Shown here piece by piece: positions 62,307-64,000 of a DNA stretch of 64,000 nucleotides. The notes below the pieces were generated by a model, which ran no database searches, was not told the DNA's origin, and saw only the letters and a program-made list of their open reading frames with translations. The translations under genes and the position numbers were made by a program. Source of the stretch: Felis catus (taxonomy: Eukaryota); contig NC_058368.1 in assembly GCF_018350175.1 (NCBI RefSeq), positions 159,714,001 to 159,778,000 on the forward strand, in the 5' to 3' direction. How positions within the stretch are numbered: the stretch's first letter is position 1; each line of letters opens with the position of its first letter.

Positions 62307-64000
62307 TGTTTTGTTTTAGAGCTAGCTGAGGCCATAGAACTTGTGGCATAAGACTTTAAAGTATATAAAAAACATTCTGATGGTGATTTACAAGGCACAG
62401 TGCAGAACTGAAAACAGAGAAAAGAAACAGTTACCAACTGGACTAAGCAGTGTCTCAGTGAGCAGAAATTTCAGTTTTAAAACCAGGAAAACCCCAGGCA
62501 AACCAGGATGAGCTAGTTATCCATAAAAAAAAAAAAATTAAAAAGAAGGAATATATTTAACCCCAGGAAAGATCCAGAGTGGATAAAATTGATTCACGCT
62601 ATTCAATGATTATCAATATTAGTAATAGCATCTGGATAAATATAATGAATTCTTCAAACAAAATACAAGGGTCAGTGGATGAACAGGATTGACATTGTTC
62701 CTCACATTAATGCAGAGATTTGCATGAAAGTCAAAATTGTCCAGCTGGAGCAGAAAATAGCACAATCCCTGTGGCTTGTGGCTTTAAAATAACAGCACTG
62801 GATATCTCAGCATAGGATCAAATGGCTGAACTAGAGCTGCTTTTTTTTTTCCTTTTCTTTTTTGACTGATGTGAAAAGGTTTGACTGTGTATCCCCCTAG
62901 CCTCTAGCCCTGGAAACCTCTACTCCAAAGGAAACTGCTGACCAGAAAATCTTTCATTGCTACAGGGCATCTTGTTGTGATGCACTCTTTTTTACAAACC
63001 ACAAAACAGGAACTGCATTTCGTCCCTACGTATTTATGGCATCACTTTTGTTCAAAAGTAATCCATACCTTGGCACTTGGAGAAAGGAGGCTAGACGTGG
63101 TGTTGGTAATGGTATTAATTAAATCAACTATTTATGATTTCCTCTAAAGCTCTTTATTCACACAGCCTAGAGCAACAACACAACAGGGCAGCAGCAGTCA
63201 AATCGGTAGAAGAGCGGATAGAATTAACAGGGTGATCCTAAAGTGCAATATGCCATTTTACTCTAAAAGTCTCCCTTCAACTAAGCACTAAATTGGATTT
63301 TATTGGGCAAGCCCCAACCGCTCAATGCTTTTATGAGTCCCAACAACCACAGCATTATTGTTCATCCACATTGCTTTGGAATGCTGAGCGATAATAAGGG
63401 AGAATAACAGGTCATTCCAAATGGAGATCTTCTTACTGTGTAGAAGTTGAATGTGTCTGTTTTCCATGAGAATTCTTCCTGCCTAAAGCTCTATTTCTTA
63501 AGTGGTGTTTAAGTGGCTTCCCCACCAGCAGAGTGGTGAGCGTGAGGCCCTGGACATAAAGAAAGGGAATATTATCCTTTGTTTCCTTATCTGCTTCAAA
63601 GTCAGCATCTTTGATCTTTGTCTTTATAAATATGTGCGCAAAATTTTATAGCAGCTGTTCCTTTATCCGTTCATGCTTATTATATGAATATAATAATGGG
63701 GGGGAGGGGCCGCAGGAGTGGTACTGAATGGGCACAGTTCACTTAGAGCACACTAGAGGGAAAAGGAAAACATGAATACAGAGAAATCCAAAGTCAGCTT
63801 CCAGTTAGGGGTGATCATCAATGACAGGGCAGCAGGGATAGAAGTAAGTTTCTGAAAGTAAAAACAGATGTCATTTTTATTTCACTTAAATCATTTGAAA
63901 TAGTGTGAGGAGGCATTAGGGAGGAGTGGTAGTTTTATGTTTTGGATGATAGGTCACCAGAATCAACATTAAAATGGATTTTTGCCTCTGAATACTGACA

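Noticed and set aside
1..64000. Numt, endogenous viral coding sequence, processed pseudogene or foreign insert
   Set aside because: I saw no segment with recognisable mitochondrial, gag/pol/env or cellular coding features; very old remnants could be missed without a database search.

Overview
AT-rich mammalian genomic DNA from a feliform carnivoran, most likely a felid. This is inferred from about 19 tRNA-derived CAN-SINEs of the feliform type and a young cat-type L1 3' end. No protein-coding gene, RNA gene, CpG island or promoter can be supported. The longer and more conspicuous ORFs in the track fall in SINEs, L1 remnants or microsatellites, and none of the rest resembles a protein I recognise. 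The window looks like a long intron or an intergenic region. It is layered with ancient repeats (MIR, L2, L1MB/MC/ME, MLT1, LTR16, MER21-like, MER3, MER5, MER45A, MER53, a Tigger) and younger carnivore L1/SINE insertions. I did not find a convincing previously undescribed biological system. The most notable signals read directly from the sequence are: an L1 with a tiny 5' inversion and large deletion; a solo poly(A) insertion with a perfect 16-bp TSD; a head-less SINE; SINE-in-SINE and L1-in-MIR nesting; a perfect NRF2/sMAF ARE inside a motif cluster; a MER53 hairpin; a pure (TAAAA)22 repeat; and three small minus-strand exon-like segments at 4-8 kb. Repeat subfamily names come from recalled consensus features, not a database search, and boundaries of old repeats are approximate.
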